DNA of 64,000 bases from Cyanophora paradoxa CCMP329 (taxonomy: Eukaryota > Plantae > Glaucophyta): positions 1 through 64,000 of the forward strand of contig QPMI01000415.1 in the NCBI GenBank assembly GCA_004431415.1, given 5' to 3'. The translations under genes were made by a program, and so were the position numbers. Position 1 is the first letter of the stretch, and every line of letters begins with the position of its first letter. The notes beneath the pieces are model-generated. The model was not told the DNA's origin. It saw only the letters and a list, made by a program, of their open reading frames with translations, and made no database searches. Below, in pieces: positions 20,980-31,964 of this stretch.

Positions 20980-23900
20980 TTACGTGAGAATATTATTGTT
21001 TTGGAGAGGTCCGACAGCAATCCAATGGAGTTTAAGGGTGCGATTTGCTGTTGTGACATTTGTGAAATTAGTTGATGCAAAAGCTGTGAATCTAACGATC
21101 CATGTAAACTTAGTTTTTAGTCCTACTCTCTCATTATTAACATACTCAGGTCCGATATATACACAGTTGGTCATTTCCCAATTTACAGAGTTGTAGCTAT
21201 TCTCGATAGAGGTAGTAATCACTGCATCACTATAAAATGGGGTAGAGAATACGACCGTTCCCGATAACTGAAAGGTCTCTCCTGCATTGTATATTCTATT
21301 TTCCAAAACTACATTCGCTGTCCCCTGTTGCACATATGCATTTGCATTCACATAATTACCGAAATTCGTGAGCAACTCTATGCTGTGATTGTGAGTGGGT
21401 GGCGAAGTAGGTGTGTTAATCAGATCATCATAATTTCCACTTGTAGCCACAGCGTGGAGGTTAGGTGTATTAACTAAATCTGTATAGCTCCCACTTGTAG
21501 CCACAGCATGCAAGGTCGGTGCAGTAGGGGTGTTAGTTAAATCATTGTAGTCACCACTTGTAGCCACAGCATGCAAATTCGGTTTAGTAAATAGTCTATC
21601 CCATGTCCCATTGAAAGGGAGTGTAGATTCTGATATAATTACACTTTGATCAATCCAACGAGGTATATAAGTGGTGAAATCGGGAATTCTTGATAAATCA
21701 TAGTAATCACCTGTGAATGCTACACTACTCCAAGTTGGCTTCTCCGTTATATCAGTCCATTTACCACTAAATCCTGCCGGGACATCTGTGAGTTCTTTGT
21801 AGCTCACCTTTTGCTTTGGTATGGAGAGTTCAATGGGCGAAAATGCACCTGAAAGGTAATTCTCAGAAGAGAAATACATGAGATTATGGCTGTTTGGGAA
21901 CACATCCACAAGATTAAAGGTGAAATTCGTTGGTAATTCGACTCTACTAATTGGAGTGTTTGCATCTAATATATATTCAGCACCTGGGTGAACAACAGGA
22001 AATGTCTGAGCATTTGGAGTATCAACAAGGAAATTCGGAGCATGAACATCACCTGTGACAGTTCCACCAGTGAGAGGAAGGTAAGCACCCTCCACAGCAA
22101 TTCCTGCGATGATTGTTGCTCCATTGTCTCTCAGATAATCCTCTGTAACCACTCTTGATATGGTCTCATTGTGAATATTCTTTGCTGCTGCCCTCTGATT
22201 GATTTCTAAGACTCCCTCACCCACTCCACCATTATAATTTGTTTTAATCCATGACACCTCACACTGTTTATAATCGTCTCGATTTCCTAAAAGTGCATCT
22301 GGTAACAATCTCTCTCTGCTGAATATTAATTTCGGTCTTGATGAATCTAAATCACTCACATCAGTAACATTAATTTGGATTGCAGCGTTTTTATCATCAT
22401 AGTTTGCTGGATCAGAAGGTAAAGATATTAAACCTCCTGTCATTGGGATGTCATCTGCATAGTAGCTGGTAAGATAGATACCTGGTTTGGTGTCTTTAAT
22501 TTCAATACCACCACCAAGTCCCAATATTCCATTTCTTGTAGGGGGTCTAATGTATAATTCGCCTTCCATTGTGGTGCCTGCATCTATTCCCTTTCGATTC
22601 ACATAGTAATCATTTAATTGTAATCTTGCTGGTGTGTCTATATTTTGATAGAGACTCACACCATTGTTAATATCTCCTAATAATACATTACCTGCTGATG
22701 CAAAAGTGGGTTGTTCTCGTATTTCACTCCAAATATGCAAGTGGTCTTCTGGTGGAAACTCAGTTGGTTTTCCATCAATATCACCCCAATCATGCCTGTG
22801 ATCCTCTGGTGGGAATTTCTCTGGTTTACCTAAGATCTCATCCCAGTCATGGTTGTGATCCTCTGGTGGAAATCTCGCTGGTTTATTGTTGATCTGCTCC
22901 CAATCTGGAAAGAACTCCCAAATCTCAGGTCGAAATCCATCTGGTAATAATTCTTCATGGGGTTCGTAAGGTTGCTCATAATCCACAACTGGTGGTTCGT
23001 GACCATCTGCTAAATATTCCTCATGGGGTTCATAATTTTGCTCATACTCATACTCTTGTGGATCTAAGCCATCTGGTAAGTACTCTTCCTCATTGGGAGC
23101 ATATTGATCATATTCATACTCCTGTGGGTCGAAACCATCAGGTAGGTATTCCTCCTCATCTGGAACGAATTGGTATTCGTCAAGCTCCAAAATATCGATT
23201 TCAGGAGGTAAATATTGCTCATCAATTTGCTTTCTTGGTTCAATTATCGGTTTATTGCGAACCTGCTCCCAACTCACAATGTGTTGACCAAAAGGAACTG
23301 TCTCATCTGCTGTGTACTCTCTTCCTGGTTGCTTTTTGGGTGTTAAATCTGGTGGATCCCATGGTAGTGGGAAGGGAACTGGGACAGGTCCATAATACTC
23401 AAAGATCTCTCTTATGGTCTTCTCACTTACAAGTTTCTCTCCATTTGCATAGACATTGCTTCCATGGATATTTCGCCATTGTCTGGTTCTAATACCAAGA
23501 TCTTTGGTGTTTGTCACCAAAGGTAAAAGGTGCCTATCCATTTCGACAAGGTCTGGGTGTAAATGAACTGTTACTGGTTGAGTGGGGCTACTGTTGACAG
23601 TGATAGACGCCTTATTCTTTGCTGTATCACTTTGTAGTTGGAAACCGAATTGCGCATTAGAAGCCGAATTCGCCACAATATCTCGTGGATAAACATTGTT
23701 AGTGAACTCGATTTTGTTGGTTTCTCCATGGGGGGCTATCTGTAATATTTCGGGAATTTGTGCAATTGCATTTGATCCTTCATTATAGATTCTCAAACCA
23801 CTCTGATGCCCACCCTTCTCATTTTGAACATTGAATATTAACCTACCACTATCGAATCGAGTTGGAATATCTGGGTGGGTTCCACTGGTTTTCAGTTTTC

Positions 23901-24174
23901 TTGGTCTGCTCCTGGTTGCTTTAATCTGGGCTACCTGATTCGATTTCACATTCCCCATGCTGAAAGCAACACTCACATCCTCTTTTTCAGGATCCATTTC
24001 GTTTATTGAAAGTGCATGCATTCTTCGGTGAGTCTTTGAGGGTTCATCTGCACTATGGTCGATTGAGATTGACCCTCTGGCTGTCAAGTTATCGAAATTT
24101 ACATGTTTGTTATCTGCCCTCCCTCTTCCTGATGAGGGAATGGTTTGTAGGTTTGCTGGGTAATTGAAACTCAT
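20980..24174 (-). CDS. Large phage tail-fibre-like protein (1064 aa)
   Basis: Repeats KPxxFPPEDHxHxW (3x) and LHAVATSGxYxDLxNxP (3x); YLPLTGGTVTG; acidic EEYLPDG repeats; C-terminal ..WIAVG beta domain. Confidence 0.75.
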   Translation of the reverse strand: MSFNYPANLQTIPSSGRGRADNKHVNFDNLTARGSISIDHSADEPSKTHRRMHALSINEMDPEKEDVSVAFSMGNVKSNQVAQIKATRSRPRKLKTSGTHPDIPTRFDSGRLIFNVQNEKGGHQSGLRIYNEGSNAIAQIPEILQIAPHGETNKIEFTNNVYPRDIVANSASNAQFGFQLQSDTAKNKASITVNSSPTQPVTVHLHPDLVEMDRHLLPLVTNTKDLGIRTRQWRNIHGSNVYANGEKLVSEKTIREIFEYYGPVPVPFPLPWDPPDLTPKKQPGREYTADETVPFGQHIVSWEQVRNKPIIEPRKQIDEQYLPPEIDILELDEYQFVPDEEEYLPDGFDPQEYEYDQYAPNEEEYLPDGLDPQEYEYEQNYEPHEEYLADGHEPPVVDYEQPYEPHEELLPDGFRPEIWEFFPDWEQINNKPARFPPEDHNHDWDEILGKPEKFPPEDHRHDWGDIDGKPTEFPPEDHLHIWSEIREQPTFASAGNVLLGDINNGVSLYQNIDTPARLQLNDYYVNRKGIDAGTTMEGELYIRPPTRNGILGLGGGIEIKDTKPGIYLTSYYADDIPMTGGLISLPSDPANYDDKNAAIQINVTDVSDLDSSRPKLIFSRERLLPDALLGNRDDYKQCEVSWIKTNYNGGVGEGVLEINQRAAAKNIHNETISRVVTEDYLRDNGATIIAGIAVEGAYLPLTGGTVTGDVHAPNFLVDTPNAQTFPVVHPGAEYILDANTPISRVELPTNFTFNLVDVFPNSHNLMYFSSENYLSGAFSPIELSIPKQKVSYKELTDVPAGFSGKWTDITEKPTWSSVAFTGDYYDLSRIPDFTTYIPRWIDQSVIISESTLPFNGTWDRLFTKPNLHAVATSGDYNDLTNTPTAPTLHAVATSGSYTDLVNTPNLHAVATSGNYDDLINTPTSPPTHNHSIELLTNFGNYVNANAYVQQGTANVVLENRIYNAGETFQLSGTVVFSTPFYSDAVITTSIENSYNSVNWEMTNCVYIGPEYVNNERVGLKTKFTWIVRFTAFASTNFTNVTTANRTLKLHWIAVGPLQNNNILT

Positions 24175-24298
24175 CCCTGTTTACTCTACTTATAGAGATT
24201 TATTAAATTTGAGTTAAGTAAAGATGCCCCTTCGCCTCAAAAAATGATGTCAAAAAGTATTTAAGGATAAGTATTATAAGGAGGAGTAACGGAGCAAA

Positions 24299-25009
24299 AT
24301 GTGGCTTTACAGTGATAACATCGCAAAGTATGGTGGAACTGTCTATCTCTCAAAAAGAACAGACTGTAAAAAGAAGTGGTTGATGAAGTATTTTGACAAA
24401 ATCGGTAATAGAAAGGAAAAGCGATTTGATACGAAAGATGAAGCCGAAAGTGCTTTGAAAGAAGTTTGTATTGCACAGGGAAAAGTGTTTAACAAATATC
24501 GATATGTTGATGATAAAACGATTGAATTCACAACTCAGAATGATGTTCTTGGATTAATTGATGTGGAAGACTTTGATATTCTGGATTCTCATATTTGGCA
24601 TTCGCACAATGGTTATGTTTCATCAAACACATGCAAGTTTCGACATATGCATAGAGCTGTAATGAAGTATGAAGGGAAAAGCAAAAAAGAATGTATTGAT
24701 CACATTAATCAGATCAGATCTGATAATAGGAAACAGAATCTCAGAATTGTATCTCAGAGGGTAAATTCAATCAATCGGAAATTTGTTCATGAATCCTCGA
24801 ACATTTTCAAATCGTTTGACAAGAGATGGAATGTTTGGTATATTTGCGCTATTGTAACAATTAAAGATGACACTGGAAATTTGAAAACACATTCGAAACG
24901 GTTCACACTTAAAAAATACACAGAGGAAGATGCATTTTCAAAGGCAAAGGAATTTCGTGCAAACTTGTTAAAGTTTGATGAGGATTACCGATTAGTAAAC
25001 AATTCTTAA
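24299..25009 (+). CDS. HNH homing-type endonuclease
   Basis: LIDVEDF..W..GYV..MHRAVM..IDHINQIRSDNRKQNLR, with AP2-like flanking segments. Confidence 0.85.
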   Translation: MWLYSDNIAKYGGTVYLSKRTDCKKKWLMKYFDKIGNRKEKRFDTKDEAESALKEVCIAQGKVFNKYRYVDDKTIEFTTQNDVLGLIDVEDFDILDSHIWHSHNGYVSSNTCKFRHMHRAVMKYEGKSKKECIDHINQIRSDNRKQNLRIVSQRVNSINRKFVHESSNIFKSFDKRWNVWYICAIVTIKDDTGNLKTHSKRFTLKKYTEEDAFSKAKEFRANLLKFDEDYRLVNNS

Positions 25010-25036
25010 AATATCCGTCAATGTTAAAGTGACAAA

Positions 25037-26577
25037 ATGCCTTTGAAGATTTGCCTCAGTCTCTCAGGTGGGGGAGCTCGTGGTATAATTATTACGAGAT
25101 TGCTTAAAGAAATCGAAACTCGAACAGGAAAAAGAGTAATTGACCTTGTTGATCTGGTGAGTGGAACATCCACTGGTGGGATAATTGCGATTGGTCTCAA
25201 TGTGAAAAATCCCGAATTTCCAAACGAACCTAAACTCACAGCAACCGATTTGCATTCCACTTATCTCAATCAACTGCCTTTAATCTTTGCAAATCCCCGA
25301 AATATTATTGATAATGCACTCTTCAACACCAAGTATGATGTGACCCCATTGGAGACAGCCATTCTCACTGTTACTGGTGAGTCTCTCATTCAAGACTCTC
25401 TCAAAGATGTAGTGATCACAAGTTTTGACACTGTGAGTATGAAGCCCATTTTTATCACCAATGATAACTCCTACAAATCCATCCCCAGCAAGATTGCTGC
25501 AAGATCCACCTCTGCTGCACCTACTTACTTCTCACCTGTGAACTATGATGGGATGTCTCTAATTGATGGTGCAATATCAGGTAACAACAATCCCAGTGTA
25601 TGTGGTTACAGCCATGCTAAAAAGATCTATGATGATGATGATGATATAATTGTGATCAGTATATCCTGTGGTGAGGTCAATGAAACAGATGCCCCAAATG
25701 TGGGATATTCCTATGAAGATGTCAACAGCTGGGCATTCTCTCATGGATTGCTTCGACCTCTGGGAGTCCATTAATTAATATGTTGATGGCTGCAAGTGAA
25801 CTCTCTGCTCTGGAAAAGATGCAAGAGTTTCTCCCATACAATGATGATCAAGGATATGCAAGATATTATAGACTCTCTGTTCCACTTCCAAAGACCATAG
25901 TAAACTCTTTGGATGATACCTCTAAGATCCCAGATATGATAGATGCAACCGAAATGTACATAGCAGCAAACACTGTGATGATTGATAGACTCTGTGATTT
26001 ACTGGTTGCAAATTACGAAATCAAGAACCCTGCAAGGTTCTATATATCATCCACTCTGAATAGCATACCTCCAATTGATGCTAACTGGTATCTTCTATCA
26101 GATGGTGCATTCACTGCTTCATCATCAAAAATTGGAAGGGAGGCATTTAAATCAAGACCTTCCTTGACAGGTTGGGAAGCAAATGCATCTGCTCCTGATG
26201 GGATATGGAGTGTCCCCACTGAGTATCTCCAAGTAACCTTCCCATACATATTTGAGGTTGCATCTATTATAGCATATGGTTCTGGTGTAACAAACGCTTT
26301 TATTAAGACCTTCAATGTTGCAACATCACAAGATGGTGTTTCCTGGTCATTTATCAAGTATGAAGGTGTGAATAGAGTGTTTATGTGTGAAACTATCAAT
26401 AATGCCCACAACAGTGGTGATGTGTCATACAGTTCTGGGTATCCCACCTCTATTAGAGACGTTTTCTATATTGGCTACCCTCTGAGGACAAGGTATATTC
26501 GAATTTATCCACTTGTATACATCAACACCCCAACTATGAGAGTTGATGTGACAGGTGCATTTATTCGAAGTGTATAA
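25037..26577 (+). CDS. Patatin-like phospholipase fused to an F5/8-C (discoidin)-like domain; one frameshift at ~25760
   Basis: LSGGGARG, GTSTG (catalytic Ser), STSAAPTYF and IDGA. The alternative frame continues SPLINMLMAAS, then EYLQVTF..SQDGVSW..TRYIRIYP..MRVDVTG. Confidence 0.8.
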
Positions 26578-26798
26578 TATTTCAGAATTCCTGACGTATG
26601 ATACAGTGGCTACTGTATCTTCGCCCACATTATGGCGATTTTTACAGTAGCTACTGTATTTTATTACCAGGTGCTCCGTTTTTAAATCTGAAAACAGATT
26701 CGGAATCGCCACGATAGCGCCAATCAGGATTCATCGTGATCGGGCACTTACAAAATAAAAAATTGACAAGGATTTTCTGGATTCTCCCAACTTCTGCT

Positions 26799-27041
26799 AT
26801 GGATCCCATCTACCAAGACCCTGCTATCATCCATGCTGCCCAGTCAGACTGGATCCATGATTTCAAAACTGCTTTCTATTACAATTTCTTCATGTCACAG
26901 CCAGAGCATGTGAGACTGTTCTTTGTTTACAATTACCAGCTGGTCTCAAACCTTAAAACTTTCTTCTTGGAAATTATTGAAAAAGACAGACAAATGAGGA
27001 AAATTCGCCAGAGGTCTAAGAGATTTCGGAAGCGCTGCTGA
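26799..27041 (+). CDS. Hypothetical protein
   Basis: ATG-initiated 80-aa ORF preceded by AAAATTGA. Confidence 0.5.
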   Translation: MDPIYQDPAIIHAAQSDWIHDFKTAFYYNFFMSQPEHVRLFFVYNYQLVSNLKTFFLEIIEKDRQMRKIRQRSKRFRKRC

Positions 27042-27042
27042 T

Positions 27043-28443
27043 CTATTTCCTTTGACCACTTCGTAAATTAAATCGAGTTTGGGGTGCAGTATATGTTTCC
27101 TTGGTGGTTGAAAAGTCATTATACCACCTCTGACTGTTGACTTCTGATAATTTCTGGGTTCCTGCTATGGTCAACTTCTTTAATTCTTTCTCTACTCTAC
27201 CCTTCTTTTGTGCTCTTGCTTCTGTGAGGGGTTCTTTTGGAACTTCACTTGCTTTTTCTATGCCCTCCTTTCTGATTGCTGAATCAACCCTGGCTTCCTC
27301 TTTTGCCTGTTCAAGGGCATCCACTGTGGGAGTTTCATGATACTCAACACCTTTAATGGGAAGCAGTTCATGAAAAGCGAATCTACCATCAACTATCTCA
27401 CCACTGGGACTTTTTATTCTGAACTTGAAGCCCTCTCTACCCTCCACACTATAAACAATTCGAGACCAATTAACTCCCTGCTTTGCAAATGGGTTCTTTT
27501 CAACTTTCACTCTCACAAACATTCCAGGTTTCAGAGCATCAAGATACTCAATTGATTTCTTGAATCTCTGATCCTCCATATTCACAATCTCTTTGTAGTG
27601 GGCTTCTGTGGTCTCTGCTGGTTTTCTCTTGGTTGCAGAGTGAATGGTATTATTATAATTATACTCAATATCACCCAACACATCAAAAAATCGTGCAGTA
27701 TTATTTGCAATGCAGTAGTTTGTGATCAATCTTTTGATCTGTCTGTTAAAGGCTTCAATTCGACCTTGGGTTCTGTGATCTGCAACATCACTTAGTTGAT
27801 GCTCTATGAATTTGGTTCCCAAATAATCTGTGAATAGCACATTGGTAAATTCGCTTCCACTATCACTCTGAATGCGAACAATCGGTCTGGGGACTCTTTG
27901 TTCAAGTTGCTTGAATGCTGCAAGAGTAGTAAGAGCACTCTTGTCTCTCATTGGAATTATGAACCCTGTTCTCAGGGTTGATTCCATTGCACTCATAAAT
28001 GTATCATAACCATCATTCTGCTTTTTGTATGCAGGAAAGAAGAGCAGATCAATCACATAGGTATCAAGGGGTTGCCTAATTGGAATCATGGGATCTCTCT
28101 TTCGAGAGAGAGTGGGTGCATTAATTTGGACAACCTCCTGTTTATCATACCATTCTCTCATCTTCTTGTAGTTCTCTTCTGGTAGTTCCTGTCTCATTGC
28201 TGTGAATCCCTTGTAGCCTGTCCTGGGATCATAGAACTTCTTAGCAATCTTCGACTCTTTTGGTGCTGTCTCAGCTGGGAGGGTCTCTGGGATTAATTGC
28301 TTGACCATCTCTGATCTTTTCAATATTCGACTGCTTTTCTCTTCCACTGGAACTGTGATAGGTAGGATATTCCCTCGATCTTCAATTGCCTCTTTTCTCA
28401 CAATTCTTGGTGGTTGTCTCAATCCTATTTGTGTGGAAGGCAT
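27043..28443 (-). CDS. Retroviral-like (rve/DDE) integrase, Polinton type
   Basis: YVIDLL, IQSDSGSEF and GRIEAFNR (intact D-D-E); YNNTIHSATKRKP. Consistent with the 6-bp TSD. Confidence 0.93.
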   Translation of the reverse strand: MPSTQIGLRQPPRIVRKEAIEDRGNILPITVPVEEKSSRILKRSEMVKQLIPETLPAETAPKESKIAKKFYDPRTGYKGFTAMRQELPEENYKKMREWYDKQEVVQINAPTLSRKRDPMIPIRQPLDTYVIDLLFFPAYKKQNDGYDTFMSAMESTLRTGFIIPMRDKSALTTLAAFKQLEQRVPRPIVRIQSDSGSEFTNVLFTDYLGTKFIEHQLSDVADHRTQGRIEAFNRQIKRLITNYCIANNTARFFDVLGDIEYNYNNTIHSATKRKPAETTEAHYKEIVNMEDQRFKKSIEYLDALKPGMFVRVKVEKNPFAKQGVNWSRIVYSVEGREGFKFRIKSPSGEIVDGRFAFHELLPIKGVEYHETPTVDALEQAKEEARVDSAIRKEGIEKASEVPKEPLTEARAQKKGRVEKELKKLTIAGTQKLSEVNSQRWYNDFSTTKETYTAPQTRFNLRSGQRK

Positions 28444-28626
28444 CTTTACCTTATCTCTCATATAATAAATGCAAGAGTCTGTGTGGAAAGAGAACACAAT
28501 TCCAAACTATTTTGCAATCGAGCCCAATGACCCTGGATTAAGATGTATTTGGCTGCTGCATTTAATTCGCGGTTTATTACTTCTTGGAAAGCGAAACCAA
28601 AGAAAAAGAAAGATTAATGAAGTAGA

Positions 28627-31600
28627 TTAGAGCCCAAATGGAATGCTGTGAATTCCATCGTCTAATATCTTCCTTTTGCTATCGAGTTGGTTTAGAGCCA
28701 CCCTTCTGCTCTCCAAATCATATAGGTTGTGGTCTTGTCTTCGCTTGTTTACTACTGCTACTGTTTTGGTGATGCCTTCAAACAAGCATCTCTTGAAATC
28801 ATCAAAGTGAACGTCTTTTGAGGAAGTACCAGACATCTTTATTTTATCAAAGGTCTCAGTTCTGAAAGCATAGAGTTTCGATCTCAGACCTACATACTCC
28901 ACAATCTTTGCATGGGGGAACTCGTTTTTATATTTACCTGGAATCAAGCGATTACTCCTATCAAAGAGAGGGTGGGCTGGATCATAATTACTGCAATCCA
29001 GGTGTTCAGCAATTCGCTTCATCTCATTATTTAGATCATTGGTATGCAGCAGTAGACAGAAAGAATCTGTATCATGGAACAGCAGCTCTGCTGTTTCCCA
29101 AGTTCTCCTCACCACATCATAAAAGAACCTGCTATTATGGAGTTTGGCGAAATCCAGCACAAAAGCACCAATTGCTACTGGTTTATCTAAGTGAACATGC
29201 TTTGAGTACATCTCAAAGGCAACAGCATTTTCGTTTAATACATTGGTTGCCTTGATCAATGGACTTGCAGCATATTTCTTGCAGAGTTTCTCACTGTTAG
29301 CAATCTTTACCACAGATCGACCCCTGCATGATTCGAGGCATTTACCATAGATTGCATTGTTCATTAATTTAAAGAAGTCAGACTCGAATCTGGTGACAGA
29401 TTGGCGCCTCAGTTTCGTATTTAGATCAATATAACTCTTCATGAATGCAGAGGTTGCAAATGAGAGAACCCTGTGAACCTTCTTAATTATAATACCTTTG
29501 CTCACAAGATAGACCAAGAGAGGTTGGGAGATCACATAGTTGTTTTTGGGTGAGAATGTTGCTGTGAGTTTGGGGTCTTTGCTTATCTTCTCACCTGTGA
29601 TATCCAGTAGTTTTCGTTGATACTCACCCAGCATTTCGGTGCTGATTTGCTCTTTATTTACTACAAGTGGAAAATCGTAATGATCTGTGAGAGTTTGTGG
29701 GTATTCCAGGTCAACTTCAATGAAAGCACTTCGTCCAGAGGTCTCTTTAAGTGCCTCTGTGACATCTTCCCATCGAAAATCGCCATTGGGCAGTTCTTGA
29801 CTGAGAGCAAAACCATACAGATTATTTGCATCCAAGAGAACTATATGGTCATCTGGGTTTTCCACCTTTGCATATCGAGTAGGCATTGTAGCAAACCCAC
29901 CTCGAATTGCTCTCTCAATGAATTCGTATTGCCCTACATCACTGATCTGCTCGATCTTTGCTCTGGTATAAATGAGCATTGCATCCCAGGATAATCCAGG
30001 AGCGCTCACATAATGGGCAGGATCCAATCCATATTGTGTAAACGCCAATTCTCGGAATGTCTGGAATTTACTCATAAGATCACCAGAATCCACTGCCTGG
30101 AAGTCCATGAAGTGCGAAGCATCTATGAATTTCCACATGCCCCATTGCAGAGAGAGGTATTGATCGAAATTCTTGCTCAGAATCTCAACACGAAGTTTAT
30201 CATCTTGCTGTGCAATTTTGCGGAATATTTCGTGTCCACATTCATCCATGTGATCCACCACAATTGCTACCTTGGTTTGTTTGGAGATTCTCCTGTGGAG
30301 GTTGCAGTTTCGACATGCTTTCCCAATAAAAGCGCCTGTTTGATGACAATGGTCTCTCACTGGGAAATTCTCATGGGTAAATCGTTCGGCACAGATATAA
30401 CAGTGTTTAGTTATCTTGTATTGTGCTTTCTGCTCCTCTGTGAGTGGATGCATGGGAATATTGGTGAATAGAGTGCGAATTACTTGGGGTCTGATCTCTG
30501 TGAGAGTGGTAAAAAGAGCACCAAGTGGATCTGATCCCTCGAAATAATGAGAGATCACCTCATCCCCCATCACAACTGTTAGAGAAACCGATTTTACCTC
30601 TCTCTTACTGCGGTTCTCATCAATTGGAACCGAGTGACTATCCATTTTCACATAGCAGATAGTGGGAAGCCACACAGTTTTGCGAAGATGTTGAAGCCCA
30701 AATGCAATGTGACTTCCAGATTTCGGGCATTTACCTTTGCTCTCCCTCCAATCAATGCAGCGATTCGCTTCTATATGTACATCCAGCTTCTCCTGAGTTC
30801 TGAAACGAGACAGACAGGTCTCACAATAATAAATGCGACCATCATGGGCTTTATCAAAGGTGGTTTTCAGGAGTCGACTCAGAGACATGATGGTGATATA
30901 ATGCCCTCTATCATCCTCTTCGTTTTCGATTAATAAAAGGTTAATCTTGGTCTTTCTCCTCGGGTTGCTGGATTGGTGGAGAGGATAGAAGCACTGTGCA
31001 GTATTATCTGCCCCATAAATGTTGATTGAGAGTTCAGGGTTCTGCTCCTCAAATCGATCAATGATTTCTGCATCACAGGCAACTGGAAACTGGATGCCTT
31101 CGAAATTGAGTTCGTTTAACCATCTTCTATACTGGTTGGGTTCATTGCTCTTGTGTTTATTAATATCATTTCGGTGCAGGTAAGCCAAGATTGCATACTT
31201 GAAGCAGTCTTGACCATCAATATTCTTCACATTCACAGTTGCTCTCTTTAATCCAATCCACTCAGGTGTTGAGAAGAAGCAACCACCCACAGGAGCATAA
31301 GACATTATTACCACTCTCAGCATCTCGATGCGATCCAGTCTGTAACTGTCCACCTGCATCATCTGTTCCTGCATTGCTTGAAGTGCATTTCGCAGTTCAA
31401 CATCAATATTTCGGGATCTTGTGATGACAAAGTAATCACTATAAATGAATTTGGTGATCCACACCCTTGGATCACTCACTTTGGTGAATTTACAAATGAA
31501 GGTCAACCGAGTCTTAATTGCTCTCAGGTCTTGGAGTTTCTGTCTGAGTCTCTGAGGTAGAGTGGGTGCAATTCTCTCCAAGAATTCAATCCCATCTTGG

Positions 31601-31908
31601 ATAACCTCCCCTCTGGCTCGATAGGTCAACCAAGAATATGCTTTGTTCATTGCTTCCCCATCTTCAATCTCTGGTGCAATCGCTCCCAACCTTAAACCTT
31701 CATCCCTGAATTCCTCCATCTTCTCAAAACGATCATAGAGGCGATTTGTAATTTCTGTGAGTTGAGATAATCTTGGTCTCCTATCCAGGATTGCTGCCTG
31801 GCGATCATATTCGAATTCTGTGATATCACCAGTGACTAAAAGGGTTCCTAAAAGACCGAGTATTTCGTTTTTCTTTTCTTTGATGATTCTATTGGATTGG
31901 CGGGGCAT
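28627..31908 (-). CDS. Protein-primed family-B DNA polymerase (Maverick/Polinton type)
   Basis: LDANNLYG, KLMNNAIYGK, HDTDS and GLRSKLY; N-terminal DCFKYAI..GHY (OTU-like), a C2H2 motif, and endonuclease VII-like CYIC..RDHCH..CRNCN. Confidence 0.95.
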   Translation of the reverse strand: MPRQSNRIIKEKKNEILGLLGTLLVTGDITEFEYDRQAAILDRRPRLSQLTEITNRLYDRFEKMEEFRDEGLRLGAIAPEIEDGEAMNKAYSWLTYRARGEVIQDGIEFLERIAPTLPQRLRQKLQDLRAIKTRLTFICKFTKVSDPRVWITKFIYSDYFVITRSRNIDVELRNALQAMQEQMMQVDSYRLDRIEMLRVVIMSYAPVGGCFFSTPEWIGLKRATVNVKNIDGQDCFKYAILAYLHRNDINKHKSNEPNQYRRWLNELNFEGIQFPVACDAEIIDRFEEQNPELSINIYGADNTAQCFYPLHQSSNPRRKTKINLLLIENEEDDRGHYITIMSLSRLLKTTFDKAHDGRIYYCETCLSRFRTQEKLDVHIEANRCIDWRESKGKCPKSGSHIAFGLQHLRKTVWLPTICYVKMDSHSVPIDENRSKREVKSVSLTVVMGDEVISHYFEGSDPLGALFTTLTEIRPQVIRTLFTNIPMHPLTEEQKAQYKITKHCYICAERFTHENFPVRDHCHQTGAFIGKACRNCNLHRRISKQTKVAIVVDHMDECGHEIFRKIAQQDDKLRVEILSKNFDQYLSLQWGMWKFIDASHFMDFQAVDSGDLMSKFQTFRELAFTQYGLDPAHYVSAPGLSWDAMLIYTRAKIEQISDVGQYEFIERAIRGGFATMPTRYAKVENPDDHIVLLDANNLYGFALSQELPNGDFRWEDVTEALKETSGRSAFIEVDLEYPQTLTDHYDFPLVVNKEQISTEMLGEYQRKLLDITGEKISKDPKLTATFSPKNNYVISQPLLVYLVSKGIIIKKVHRVLSFATSAFMKSYIDLNTKLRRQSVTRFESDFFKLMNNAIYGKCLESCRGRSVVKIANSEKLCKKYAASPLIKATNVLNENAVAFEMYSKHVHLDKPVAIGAFVLDFAKLHNSRFFYDVVRRTWETAELLFHDTDSFCLLLHTNDLNNEMKRIAEHLDCSNYDPAHPLFDRSNRLIPGKYKNEFPHAKIVEYVGLRSKLYAFRTETFDKIKMSGTSSKDVHFDDFKRCLFEGITKTVAVVNKRRQDHNLYDLESRRVALNQLDSKRKILDDGIHSIPFGL

Positions 31909-31964
31909 CTTTTACTTTAAGGGAACATATTATTTTTGGGCAATTTGAACGCATTTCGCATTTT

